A stretch of DNA of 17,265 bases from Bugula neritina (Eukaryota; Animalia; Bryozoa): contig CAXIUT010000244.1 of the NCBI GenBank assembly GCA_964035545.1, positions 1 to 17,265 on the forward strand, read 5' to 3'. The notes beneath the pieces are model-generated. The model did not search any database. It saw only the letters and a list, made by a program, of their open reading frames with translations, and was not told where the DNA came from. Position numbers and translations under genes: made by a program. Below are positions 1-11,987 of this stretch, piece after piece. Position 1 is the stretch's first letter. Each line of letters opens with the position of its first letter.

Positions 1-81
1 CCCAACCCCAACCCCAACCCCAACCCCAACCCCAACCCCAACCCCAACCCCAACCCCAACCCCAACCCCAACCCCAACCCC
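1..81. repeat. Left telomere, (CCCCAA)n
   Basis: About 13 CCCCAA hexamers at the 5' end; the Tetrahymena-type ciliate telomere repeat. Confidence 0.98.
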
Positions 82-193
82 TCTATTCTATTGGCAAATA
101 TAAATACTATTATCATATATATGATGATTATATCATATTATATTGTATTTATTCGTTAAATATCTTTGATAATATAATAAATGGAGTGACCCA

Positions 194-1611
194 TCATGCA
201 ATAGGTCTTCCTCCAGTACAGAAAGGCATAGTGAAAGCTCCAAGTCCAGCAAAAAAACTCATAACGATAAAAACAAGATAGAGTCCATTGCCTCCAAACC
301 AAGTCATGGCAGACACTCCCAAAACTCCAACTAAGGCCGATCCCACTCTTCCAAAAAAAGAACAAATTCCCAGAGCAGTCCCTCTCAACATAGTTTCATA
401 GATCTAAGCAGTATAAGGATAAATAATCTAAATAGCCCAATAAGTACCATAAAAGTAGCAGTAATGAAAAACTTAATCAACGCCAAACACAAAAACAAGA
501 TATACACATTGATCCCCCCAACTAAGATAATAATTCCAGATATAACTAGCACAACAAAAAAACCAAGATACACTCCTTTTTTTCTACCAATACTCGGATG
601 GTCCATCACATAGGTGCTAGAATAAAAAGCAACAACCTAAACCAAAGTAATAATGATAATGAAGATATACTTCATACTATTGTTTTATTCATTTTTAGTA
701 GCAAATACCTGCTACAAAATCGAAGGAAGCAACAACATAATACCATAGTATATAAAACATATCGTAAACCAAGAAAAAAATAATCTTAAAGTAGATGCAC
801 GGTATCTGCTATTAAACATGTCGCTCATAGGCAATTCCTTTATATTCGTACGCTCCTGATCGCCCTACATCAATGATAATATGTATTATTTGCTTATTTA
901 TACGCTTTTGTTCAGTTGGCACATATATTTGGCCAGCTAAAGCACCTCTTCTTTACGATTTTTAACCCATAAATACCTCAAACTCTAACGACCATGCGCA
1001 TAGTGCTACCAAAGCGCATATATACCAGGCACAGTGATCACAAACAACATAGTCCTCCAAGACTAATTCCTCAAAAATATCCATCCCAGCAAAGAAGTAA
1101 ACAAACACCCGCCCGACCAATACACCCTCGACTTCGACAGCAAAGTAGCCCTCATATAACCAGGCGATATCTAAGTGATATAAGTAGCAGATAGGGGAAG
1201 ACAAATGCCAATACCCACCCCATAAAAGAACCTACAAATCAGAAAGGTTTAATAGGTAGGACAAACACATGACACCAACCCGAATACACATTGCAAAACA
1301 GCATCCCACATAATAAAGTTATACCTGCCATATCGATCACTATAACTCTGAAGATAGGAACCTATAGCAACACCAACATAGACCACTGTTATCAACATCG
1401 ATTGCTACATAGTAGTCAAAGTCCACTCTCTGGCAAGGATTGGGAGAAGCAAACCCAAAGCGATACTTTAACATCCCTAGCTAAAGAGTAGAAGGTAGAG
1501 GGAACGGCTTAATTTTTACTGGGCGAGGCCGTAGCCGATGTTTGATGTAAGGAGGTTGTTGAGGTTGTCGGATGGGATCTAGGATTACGATAGTCTCTCA
1601 CTTAGTTACAT
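194..1611 (-). CDS. MFS transporter, SV2/SVOP/organic-cation-transporter-like, ~465 aa, one 20-nt intron
   Basis: With TAR=Glu the frame is open from ATG 1611 to TGA 194-196 after removing intron 428-447 (1398 nt, divisible by 3). MFS motifs: SDRYGR, RFFYGVGIG, YIT(E)ISPGYMRA, (E)SLRYL, IGRK, YTA(E)IYETMLRGTALG. Many hydrophobic segments. Confidence 0.92.
428..447 (-). other. 20-nt spliceosomal intron in MFS gene
   Basis: GTACTTATTGGGCTATTTAG; removal joins ATFM to IIYPYTAEIYET in frame. Confidence 0.88.
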
Positions 1612-1740
1612 TTAGATATGGATAATTTATAAATATTTCTTTATGTTGCATTTTAGATTCGACTTATAAATAAATCCATTCAATTCTATAGACATCTCCC
1701 TTTAAATACCGCTATATTTTATATAACATAGATAAATAAA
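1612..1740. promoter_or_regulatory. Short AT-rich divergent intergenic region, probable bidirectional promoter
   Basis: 129 nt between head-to-head ATGs at 1611 (-) and 1741 (+). Positional inference only. Confidence 0.4.
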
Positions 1741-2223
1741 ATGTAAAACAATCACTCTTCACCTGCAGTATTATCTGAGAACGACAAATAGTTATTTGAA
1801 AAGCGAAAAATAGTTTTAAGTTTCATGATGTTATACAACAGAGGAAGAATATCAATACCTGAACCACTAGCAGATCAAATATTTGACTTATAGTTCATTT
1901 TAAGTCTTTAATATAAAACTTTAGAACAATCACTGTCTACTTTGGTAAGAGATAATTATAATCATGGCTTTCGAGAATCTGTGTATCCTACCTATCAAGC
2001 AAGATAAACAACTTCTGAAGAATAACTTTAAAAACTCAGAATTCAAGTAGTTAGTACTCTTCCTCCAGAAAAAAGATAAAAATATGAAATAAATTATAAA
2101 AAAATATTATAAAGATAAAAACTAATCAAAAAAATATCTACAGTATAAGGTTAATTAGCATAAGAAGAACCATATATGACTCCAAAATAAGTACTTGATA
2201 AAATGAAAAGTCTACAATTTTGA
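1741..2223 (+). CDS. Hypothetical protein, 160 aa (MENNHSSPAVLSENDKELFEKRK...KMKSLQF)
   Basis: Open ATG to TGA under TAR=Glu, preceded by an A-rich leader; charged helical composition; no recognisable domain. Confidence 0.7.
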
Positions 2224-2645
2224 TTGATTTTATTATTATTATTAATAGCTATCTTTAATTGATTTATTTTATTATTAAGCTATCTTTAATTGATTTATTT
2301 TATTATTAAGCTATTTTTAATTGATTTATTTGATTATTAAGCTATCTTTAATTGATTTATTTTATTATTAAGCTATTTTTAATTGATTTATTTGATTATT
2401 AAGCTATCTTTTAATTGATTTATTATTAATAGCTATCTTTTAATTGATTTATTATTATTATTAATAGCTATCTTTAATTGATTCATTATTATTATTAAGA
2501 GCTATCTTTATTTGATTCATTATTATTATTAAGAGCTATCTTTAATTGATTTATTATTATTATCATTAAGCTATCTTTTAATTGATTGATTATTAATAGT
2601 TATCTTTTAATTGATTTATTATCCTAATAGTTATCTTTTTAATTG
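2220..2645. repeat. AT-rich minisatellite, ~13 copies of a ~28-36 nt unit
   Basis: Core G(C/T)TAT(C/T)TTT(T)AATTGATT recurs from ~2248 to ~2645, separated by variable TTA/TAT-rich linkers. Confidence 0.93.
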
Positions 2646-2752
2646 AAACCTATGAAAGTTCGAAAATATTTTTAATAATTATATTAGCAATGATTCAAAG
2701 CACATAACTAAAAGTTCTACCCTAAGGAGTCATCCCATCGAACTACACTAAA

Positions 2753-4063
2753 ATGAAGGGACGCACTCTCCCTCCCCCACACTCCAGACACCTCAAACCT
2801 CCCCCATAAAGACAATCCCACCATACATCTCTCGATCTCACCCCTCAAAAATAACAAAAATCATCAAATACACACCATAAAACACAAGCTAGATACCCTA
2901 ATAGACCTTCAGGCAAATCGTTTCCCAAATCAGTTTCAGTAATGGGCACAAAATAATCAAATAATAAACATGGTCGTCGAGCCTTTACACCAACAGCTGC
3001 TAGAAATTACAACCGAAATGTAGAATATAATTAACTACTAAACGATTCAACTAGACATTAATTGAATAGAAATGATCGATACCATACAGGACATCTATTT
3101 TAGATATAAAACAATCCATAAAATAGATTATCACTTAGCAATTTTCAATAATATACCAAATTAGGTAAAATTTTAGTCAAAAATAATAATAATTAAACCA
3201 AAGGATTAGAACTCATGGGAATACAGTGTACTTTGATGTCTAATAGTAACAGTCAAAAAATAAAATATAAAAATAATAAACCCATTGACTAGTCTTAAGA
3301 CTGGTATATCACACAACAAGCAGCAACTCTTGATATTAAAAAATCTATTAATAAATCTAGAACTAAAAAATATCACTATAAAAAAAATAATAATCAAAAA
3401 GAACAAAAATAACAAAAAAGTTACAGCCAATTCTTATAAAACAACAACAAAAACAATAGTAGATAAATAAAGAAGAATAATAGTAGATAAATAAAGAAGA
3501 ATAATAGTAGATAAATAAAGAAGAATTCATATTCGTCAGTTTTGGTAAAACAACGACGCCAATTATCAATAAGATAGCAAGCAAAGGTAAACATAATAAA
3601 CATTCAATAATAGCCAATAAAGCAATAGTAGATACCAAAAGAATCATACAGACAATTATATGTAAGATTGATGAAATATCAAGATTAGACCCAATTGGTT
3701 TCATAAAATTCAAAACATTCATTGAAATCTAATCAAAAATAAATACCAAAAGAATTATTTGATTAACTACTAAAATTTAAAAAATAAAAAAAAATAACTT
3801 AATAAAATTAAAAAGCTAAATAAAGTAGCAAAGTTGATAATCAATTATTAACTAATTGTCAATAATAAAAATTATTGCAAAGAAAATCCATTAATAAACA
3901 ATATACTTTCAAAAAAAATAATGATATCAATAAAAATAAAATCATCAGTAATAATAAAAAACTTATGATCAGTAAAAGAACTTCATTCGGTGATGATTTC
4001 CATGTAGAAGGATGGAACTAAAGTCAATAGTTTTAAAAAAGATAACCCATCATGATAGTATGA
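2753..4063 (+). CDS. Hypothetical low-complexity N/K/E-rich protein, ~436 aa
   Basis: Open from ATG 2753 (MKGRTLPPPHSRHLKPPP) to TGA 4061-4063 under TAR=Glu; contains a 3x NSREIKKN repeat. Confidence 0.72.
3455..3526 (+). repeat. 3 x 24-nt in-frame tandem repeat (NSREIKKN)
   Basis: AATAGTAGATAAATAAAGAAGAAT three times in tandem. Confidence 0.93.
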
Positions 4064-4096
4064 ATCCATTTATATTTGCCCTTTTATTAATAATAT

Positions 4097-4170
4097 TGAT
4101 ATTTAGATAGTTAATTAGTGATATTTAGATATTTAATTAGTGATATTTAGATATTTAATTAGTGATATTT
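4097..4170. repeat. ~3.3 x 22-nt intergenic tandem repeat
   Basis: TGATATTTAGATA(G/T)TTAATTAG at 4097, 4119 and 4141, partial copy at 4163. Confidence 0.9.
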
Positions 4171-4265
4171 ATCTTTAATCATAGTGATTTATATTTTTAA
4201 TTATAGTTGATATATATTTATAATAACTATCAGAAAAATAGATGATGCTGAAGAACCTAAATGTA

Positions 4266-5018
4266 ATGTCTTTTATGTTTTCAGTATTAAAATATAATTT
4301 ATCTAAAAATTACTACCAAATTCTAGGTCTTTCTTAGAAAGCAGATGCCAGTCAAATCAAACAAGCCTTCAGAAAATATGCAAAAATATACCATCCAGAT
4401 ACAAATAAAGGCAAATAAGAACAATTCAAATAAATAAACGAAGCCTACCAAGTCCTTTCGACCTAATAAATAAAAAAATAATACGACAGTGCTCGTAAAG
4501 ATCCAAAACCAAATCCAACAAATGAACCTTTTTCAGGCTCATATTCTAAATATAACTATAACAGTCGACAGAACTAACGATAGTATACTCAATAAGACAT
4601 CCGTGAAAACATAAGAAGACAACAAGAATAGATGACGAGAAGACAACAAGAATAGATGATGAGAAGACAACAAGAATAGATGATGAGAAGACAACAAAGA
4701 GCAAATTATGATGATTTAGGACAAAGTTACAACAACTATGAACGATATGCTCAGTAGACTTTCAGAAAAAAACAAAAAACTAAACCTTATCAACATACTC
4801 AAAAATAAAAAGTAACACTCGATTCGGTAAAAAGACAAGAGTAAATGCAAGAAAGGTCATCACAAAGAAGATAAAAAGAAGAGAGATAAAAGAGGCAAGA
4901 ATAAATAAAAAAGACAATAAATTAGAAATATAATCGAGCTGTTTCTAATACAATAAATATGGTTTAAGGGGTAAGAAAAGTTGGAGAATTTGTTAAAAAT
5001 ATTTTCAAAAAGAAATGA
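4266..5018 (+). CDS. J-domain (DnaJ type C) co-chaperone, 250 aa
   Basis: NYYQILGL...IKQAFRKYAKIYHPD...FK(E)INEAYQVLS...(E)YD is a canonical J domain with the HPD motif, followed by a charged C-terminal region; ends TGA 5016-5018. Confidence 0.93.
4614..4697 (+). repeat. 3.5 x 24-nt in-frame tandem repeat (RRQQEEM[T/M])
   Basis: AGAAGACAACAAGAATAGATGA(C/T)G repeated inside the J-protein CDS. Confidence 0.9.
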
Positions 5019-5233
5019 TTCCTTAGAGTATTGCTCTTATCAGTAAAGTATATTATATAAGAACTTCAATATCAATTTTAGCTATTTTAGTAATTAATTA
5101 GTCTCCATACAAAAAGGATATCTATTAAGTTTACTTTCGAATAGATATTTTATACCTTAATACGATGACATAATCGATAAGACAATTGGATGATATATTG
5201 ATAGTTGTAGAATAATATCGGATTGATGTTAAA

Positions 5234-7530
5234 TCAAGATGAGACAGGATGGATCTATGCAAACTTACTGCCGAAAACCAAACTGATAATGGCCATCAAT
5301 TTCATAAGAATGTTCAAAGAAGGACCTGAAGTATCTTTCAATGGATCTCCTACTGTATCTCCTACAACTGCTGCCTTATAAGCATCAGAACCCTTTACAT
5401 GCATCTTGCCCTTCTTATCCTTTATTCCGTACTGTTTGATATACTTCTTTGCATTATCCCAAGCACCTCCAGTATTTGCTGCTGAAGTAGCAAGCATCAC
5501 TCCCGAAACAATAGCTCCAGGTATAAATCCAGCAACCATCAAAGGACCAAAAATAAATCCTAAAAGCAAAGGACTCAAAATAACCTAAATAAATAATAAA
5601 GTACCAAAAGACCAGGAATAATCATTTCTATTAGTGAAGCTCTAGTTGATATTTTAATACAAGAATCATAGTCAGGTTCGACTTATCCGGATAATATACC
5701 TGGGTTTCTTTAAACTTGATCTCTAACTTCATCGACCATTCCTTGAGCAGCCAAACCAACAGATTTGATAGTAAAAGCTGAAAACAGATAAGGCAACATA
5801 GCTCCAAGTAAAAGTCCTGTAAAGATCTAAGGTTGAGTAAGTGAGATCAGTGTACTGAATTCTAAGCCAGCATTATGAAGGAATCCACCATATAAAGCCA
5901 AAGAAACCAAAGCAGCTGAACCAATAGCAAATCCTTTACCAATAGCAGCTGTAGTATTACCAGCAGCATCCAAAGCATCAGTTCTTTCTCTTACATCATC
6001 TCCTATCTCAATCATCTCAGCAATACCTCCAGCATTATCAGAAATAGGACCATAGCCATCAATAGCTAATGTTAGAGGTAAATTAGCCAACATTCCCAAA
6101 GCTGCCAGTGCTACTCCATAAAATCCAAGCCATTTATTAGAGAAATAGGCTGTAAGAGCAATCAAAATAGCAGGGATTACAGTAGATAGATAGCCCAAAG
6201 CAAGACCCAAAGTAACATTAGCACCAGCTCCTGAAAGACAAGAATATGATAGCTCTTGAACAGGTCCATAGGAATGTGAAGTCATGTACTAGGTGAAGAT
6301 AGCGATGATGAGTCCTGATGCCATTCCAATTAGCGAGCATAAGAACGGATGAAGAGGAGTCCTACCTGAAATTGTTTTTTGTGAGAATCTCAGTTCGAAA
6401 TTAGATGGGTAAGTCAGAATAGCTGCTACATAGATGAGTCCTGCCATGATGATAACTGATAGAATCAGTTGTATTTTAAGTGTTGTTTCGATTTTACCTT
6501 ACTCATCAACGGTCATACAACTAATAGCAATGATACTGACCAAGAGACAGATCACAATACCAAATGCTATTAACATGAGCGGGTAGAAGAAATTACTAAG
6601 ATAGAAATCGCATCCACCACTACCAACCAATGAGTTACCTGAAATGACGAGAGCAGCACAAGTAGATTAGGCAAAAGAACCGAATAAATCAGCACTCATA
6701 CCTGCTACATCTCCTACATTGTCTCCTACGTTATCAGCAATAGTAGCAGGATTTCTAGGACTATCTTCAGGAAGACCCATCTCAATTTTACCGACCATAT
6801 CAGCTCCAACATCAGCAGCTTTAGTATAAATTCCTCCTCCTACTCGACCGAACAAAGCCACAAATGAACCTCCCAATCCATAACCAGCAACCGATTAGAA
6901 TAGCTGATGATAATGGTTAGAATCACTACTTGAATCAAATTTATCCATCATTCTTTTGTATACCACAATTAGTACTGTTAAAATCAATAGGCCAATTGAG
7001 ACCAATGCGAAACCCATGGTGCAACCAGCTCTGAAAGCCAACCTAAAGGCTTCAGCTAGTCCATCTTTAGCACAATAAGTTACTCTGTAGTTGGTCCTTG
7101 TTGCCACCACCATGCCGATAGCTCCACAAAGCATTGAAACCAAAGCTCCAATCAGAAAAGCAACAGCTGTCCAAAATTTGAATTAAGTCAAGAAGGCAAT
7201 GATGAAAAACATCAAAAGAACGAAGATTAGACAGATGCCATACTCCATAATAAGGAAGGATTTGGCTCCACTAGAAATTTTATCACCAAGACTGATCAAC
7301 TATTGACGCTTTCCATGACTCAGGGCATTAATAGAAGAATATCCTTAATATCCCTGTCCAGATTGGACGTCAATTTTTTCAACAGCTTGATAATTGATGA
7401 TAGCCCAGATGATGCCGATCAAACAGCAGACTACGATGATGACAATTTCGATGGGATAACTGAGAGGTCCATTACAGTCCGAGCTGGTAACAGCCTGGAA
7501 GTGCTAAAACCTGTCGTTAATTCTCCACAT
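5234..7530 (-). CDS. VP1: Membrane-bound H+-translocating pyrophosphatase (V-PPase), K+-dependent type, ~758 aa, one 20-nt intron
   Basis: Hallmarks [94 protein letters not shown] (Ala, not Lys) marks the K+-dependent class. The four track ORFs join through TAA/TAG and intron 5585-5604; 2277 nt coding; TGA at 5234-5236. Confidence 0.97.
5585..5604 (-). other. 20-nt spliceosomal intron in V-PPase gene
   Basis: GTACTTTATTATTTATTTAG; removal restores [17 protein letters not shown], collinear with the family consensus. Confidence 0.92.
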
Positions 7531-8295
7531 TTATGAATTATACGAAAGATTAAGAGTTGAACCTATATATACTGAAGATATTGAACATCTATATTAACAT
7601 CTTTTAAATCATATCAGCTCTATTTTAAGTCGATTATAGCATCATTCAATAGTCAAAACAGAAAAAGAACATTGACAGAAGAAATCAATAAAATACAATA
7701 AAAAATATTGCAGATTAGTTTCTCATCATTTGCAAATAATCTTCATTAAATTTTCATTTATTTTTGCTTATTTAAGTTATATTCAACTTAAAGTTACTTT
7801 TTTGTTTTTTAATATCCTCTTTCATTGAATAACAGTTCAGAATTATCAGTTATAAAGAAGAAGATCTTAAAAACTACTTCCTTTTCAATCCAGCTAGTAG
7901 CCTATCATTTCACATAAAGATAGTTCTCATAAAATAAAGAACATTTAGATAGTTTATTCTCAAGATTCAACTAAAAGTGCTAAAAAAATTGACATAAACT
8001 ATCGACTAAGTAGAATAAAAAAGTTACAAATATCATATAAAACTCTCCCAACTTGAAGTTTTTCTTCAATATCGAAGGTAAATATCTGTTTTTCTTCTTA
8101 ATTTATAGTCCTCATCTTAAAAACTAACAATAAATGATGTTGACCTCAATTTCAGTTCATCTGATAAGCATCTAAAAACCCATCCAAAGAAAGCACACGA
8201 CTCATCTGATCATCTCCTATCATTTCCAATTGCAATAGTGGTCATAATTGAAGTGATCAAAGTGATTTATTCTTCGATATTAAAAAATAGAACTA

Positions 8296-9102
<807 letters not shown>

Positions 9103-9630
9103 GACTTTGATCAATCTCAATCTCATATTTATCACTTTTTTACATTTTGAAGGATTAAAAGGTCAAATTAAATGACTTTAATCAAGTTTGTAGTTTAGAA
9201 TTTAAACCTCAAAGAACTTTACCTTTGAAGACAAATTTATCATTTTTTAGTATCTAATTGATTCTTAAGCATCAGTAACTACATGACTACTAATGACACT
9301 TTCAAAAGAGTTGTTTTAGCTTGATTTTTTAGGATTTCCTTATTTTTATAAAGAGCTATTTTTCCCAGGTACTTCGCCTTCACCCTTGTATAAAAACAAA
9401 AATAAATGTTGTAAAACTACCTGAAAATCAAAAAAGGTAATTAGTCCTTCATAGTAAACTCAATTTTTCTTAAAAAGGATAACTCTGTTCAATAAGAAAA
9501 GGAAAAAATAAAAAAGATAAAGACGAAATATAGAGTCTCTTTAGAGGAGAAAAAGTTGTTTATTTTGTTAGGAATGGAGGAGATATGCAGATAAAATGTG
9601 TGTAGGTTAATAAAAATATTCAAAAAAGGT

Positions 9631-11915
9631 ATGTATAGTACAATAGAAGGTTTCTAGTTCAAGAAAGCTAGCTGGATATCGAGGCCTCGCAAGGCTGGAC
9701 ATCCAGAAAAGCGCTGGGGACATACTTGTGTTAGTCACGAAGGCAAACTTCTCCTCTTTGGAGGAATGTTTGAGGGCAACTAAGGTCTTCACTGCCTTGA
9801 CTGTGACTCTTTAGAAAACAGATTAATTAGTTTCATCTCTGCTCCTGAAAGAAGGTAAAGTCACTCATGCACTCTCTATCATGATTCTCTCATCATTTTT
9901 GGAGGTTGTATCAACAAAAAAGTACTATTTTTCTTCTACCCTTTGGGTAGATTTCTTTTTCAAATAAACCTTTATTTAGGTCACAAGCTAGCTACTTCAA
10001 CTTAATATGAACTCTAATCCTCCAAACTGGATAAAACTATAGCAAAAAAAATGAAATTTCTCCGAGATAAAGTCATGTAGCTGCTCTTATTCAAGATCAA
10101 TATATTTTGATTTATGGCGGAATAAGTTTGGACTAAACAAGTCTTGATTAATTTTGGCTTCTAGACCTCTAAACTGTAACTTGGCTCCCTATTTCTGACA
10201 TCCAAGGCAAATTTTAGGCTCAAACAGGTATTACTATGACTCCAATCGGTTAAAGTATCTACTCTTTCGGAGGATAATGGGGAGACGACAAAGATGGTCA
10301 TTATTCTAACGATTTGCACAAATTAAATTTCCAAGGAGAGATAGATAACTAGAATATACCTTCTCTTCACATTGAGAAGCTTTAAACTTTAGGGAAGAAG
10401 CCTAAACCTCGAACTGGTCATGCTTGTGTTGAATACAAAGAAAAAGCTTCTTTTAATACTAGGTGGCTAGGGTTTTTCATCAAAAGGTACTACTATCTTG
10501 TTCAATGATATCTGGATACTTGATATTAGAACTTTTACTTGGTTCTAGCTACAAGTGTAAAATAAATCTGTTTTTAAACCTCGTTCAAATTTTACAGCTA
10601 ATCTCTTTAAAGGCACTTTATATGTTTTTGGTGGCTTAACTCATCTTGAAACTTTTAATTCTACTAACTAGCTTATCACTTTAACTCTTTCTTAAACTCG
10701 CCAATCTTTAAGATAAGAACAATAAAACAGAAATTCTTTTTTAGTTCCTATAAAAAAACAAAAAAACTACTGTAGCACTTGCATGCTAGAATTTATGCCT
10801 TTTGAAAAAGAAGTACTGCCTATGGTACCAAAAATAAAGCATAATAACAGCCATTTTATATCATCTATTCATAATATTCTTTATGCTTCCAAATTTATTT
10901 CATCTCCTTTTGAAGCCTTAGCTTTGGTAATTGACTCTCTTTCAAGATTAACTCCTCATCACCACAAAAATATCTCTTTAAATTTGGTTGTCAATTGTAC
11001 TAATATCAGCTCCTAGCTAGCTCTTTTAGTTTAAAAAAGTTATCTTGTCTTGAATGTATAAGGTACAAATCTGACAAAAGACCATTTAGAAATGCTTGTT
11101 TATGACTATCAATTGAAAGCTTAAATGCCAGCTTTTGACTTTAAAAATGGTCTTTTCAGACTTGGAAAATAAATTCTTATCACTCAACTCTTTGAAGATA
11201 ACATCCTTCAATGTTACTTGCTCTCAGCTAACTATCTTCGTTCATACAATCTTCACTTCTAGTCTCTTTAATAAGATCTGAAACAGCAATAAAATAAATT
11301 TTTACTCCAATTTTTAGAATAAAATGCAATTTCCTTTACTAATATCGAACCTTTGAACTTGAACATCTATATTGGAGAACTCTGTCGTTTGAGAAATGGT
11401 GATTTGTAATTAAAACAAGAAAATAGTACAATTCTATCTCGAATCTAAAATTAATAGCGTTCATTTAATTCATTTATTAAAGACTACTTTCTAGATGAAC
11501 GTTCTGTCTCTCTAAACATCGCCAACTAATAAGTTCCAATAATTCCCTATGAGGTACATCAATATCTATCTAGTAATTCTTTAAATAACATGGTACACAA
11601 CGTGAACAGTAATCTACATCTCCCTTCTTCTCTAAAGTTCACTTACTCATCAACTCAAAAACTGATAACATTCTTTCATCCATTAAGATATATGCCAACA
11701 ATCGAAGAGTAGCTGTTTTAAAGAAATCTCCCTAGATATCAGGGTTTATTGTGCTGAGTGATCTTTCTCCTTTGAACTATCCTCAAACTCGATGTGAGAG
11801 TCATCAGGTAAGACTAGCTTTGGAAGAAGAAATCAAAATATTAATTGAAGAAGATAAGAAAAGGATAAATGAAGTAACAGTGCAAGAACTCTAACAAGAA
11901 ATCAACGATTAATGA
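9631..11915 (+). CDS. Kelch-repeat beta-propeller fused to a degenerate MORC-like GHKL/S5 region; two frame breaks in this sequence
   Basis: Six Kelch-like blades (RWGHT..LLLFGG, RESHS..IIFGG, RESHV..LIYGG, IYSFGG, PRTGHA..LILGG, PRSNFTA..LYVFGG). The C-terminal half follows MORC motif order: PFEALALVIDS, FKNGLFRLG, YLLSANYL, IYIGEL..GDLEL, IYANNRRV, GFIVLSDLSP. Introns 9922-9979 and 11554-11573; +1 shifts needed at ~10052 and ~10441. Start uncertain (in-frame ATGs at 9406, 9574, 9631). Kelch call is strong, MORC call moderate. Confidence 0.8.
9922..9979 (+). other. 58-nt intron in Kelch gene
   Basis: GTACTATTT...TTTATTTAG, T-rich; removal links FGGCINKK to VTSELLQLNMNSNPPNW, completing the blade. 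Confidence 0.65.
11554..11573 (+). other. 20-nt intron in Kelch-MORC gene
   Basis: GTACATCAATATCTATCTAG; removal moves into the frame carrying IKIYANNRRV and running to TGA 11913-11915. Confidence 0.8.
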
Positions 11916-11987
11916 TTTGTAACGTCAATAATTGTAACACTATTTTAACCATCCAATTAAATACACTTACTATAACAGTAAATATCT

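Noticed and set aside
2220-2645. CRISPR-like array (constant core plus variable spacer)
   Set aside because: The linkers are short, low-complexity and similar to each other, there are no cas genes, and the context is eukaryotic.
5234-7530. Standard ciliate code 6 (TAR=Gln) or a split code (TAA=Lys, TAG=Glu)
   Set aside because: Both codons sit at conserved Glu positions, and TAA specifically in DLFGSFA-E, LF-E and FK-E-INEAY.
9103-9630. Extra small gene between the 8437 gene and the Kelch gene
   Set aside because: Open stretches exist on both strands but with no convincing start, splice model or motif; part may be a Kelch N-terminal extension.
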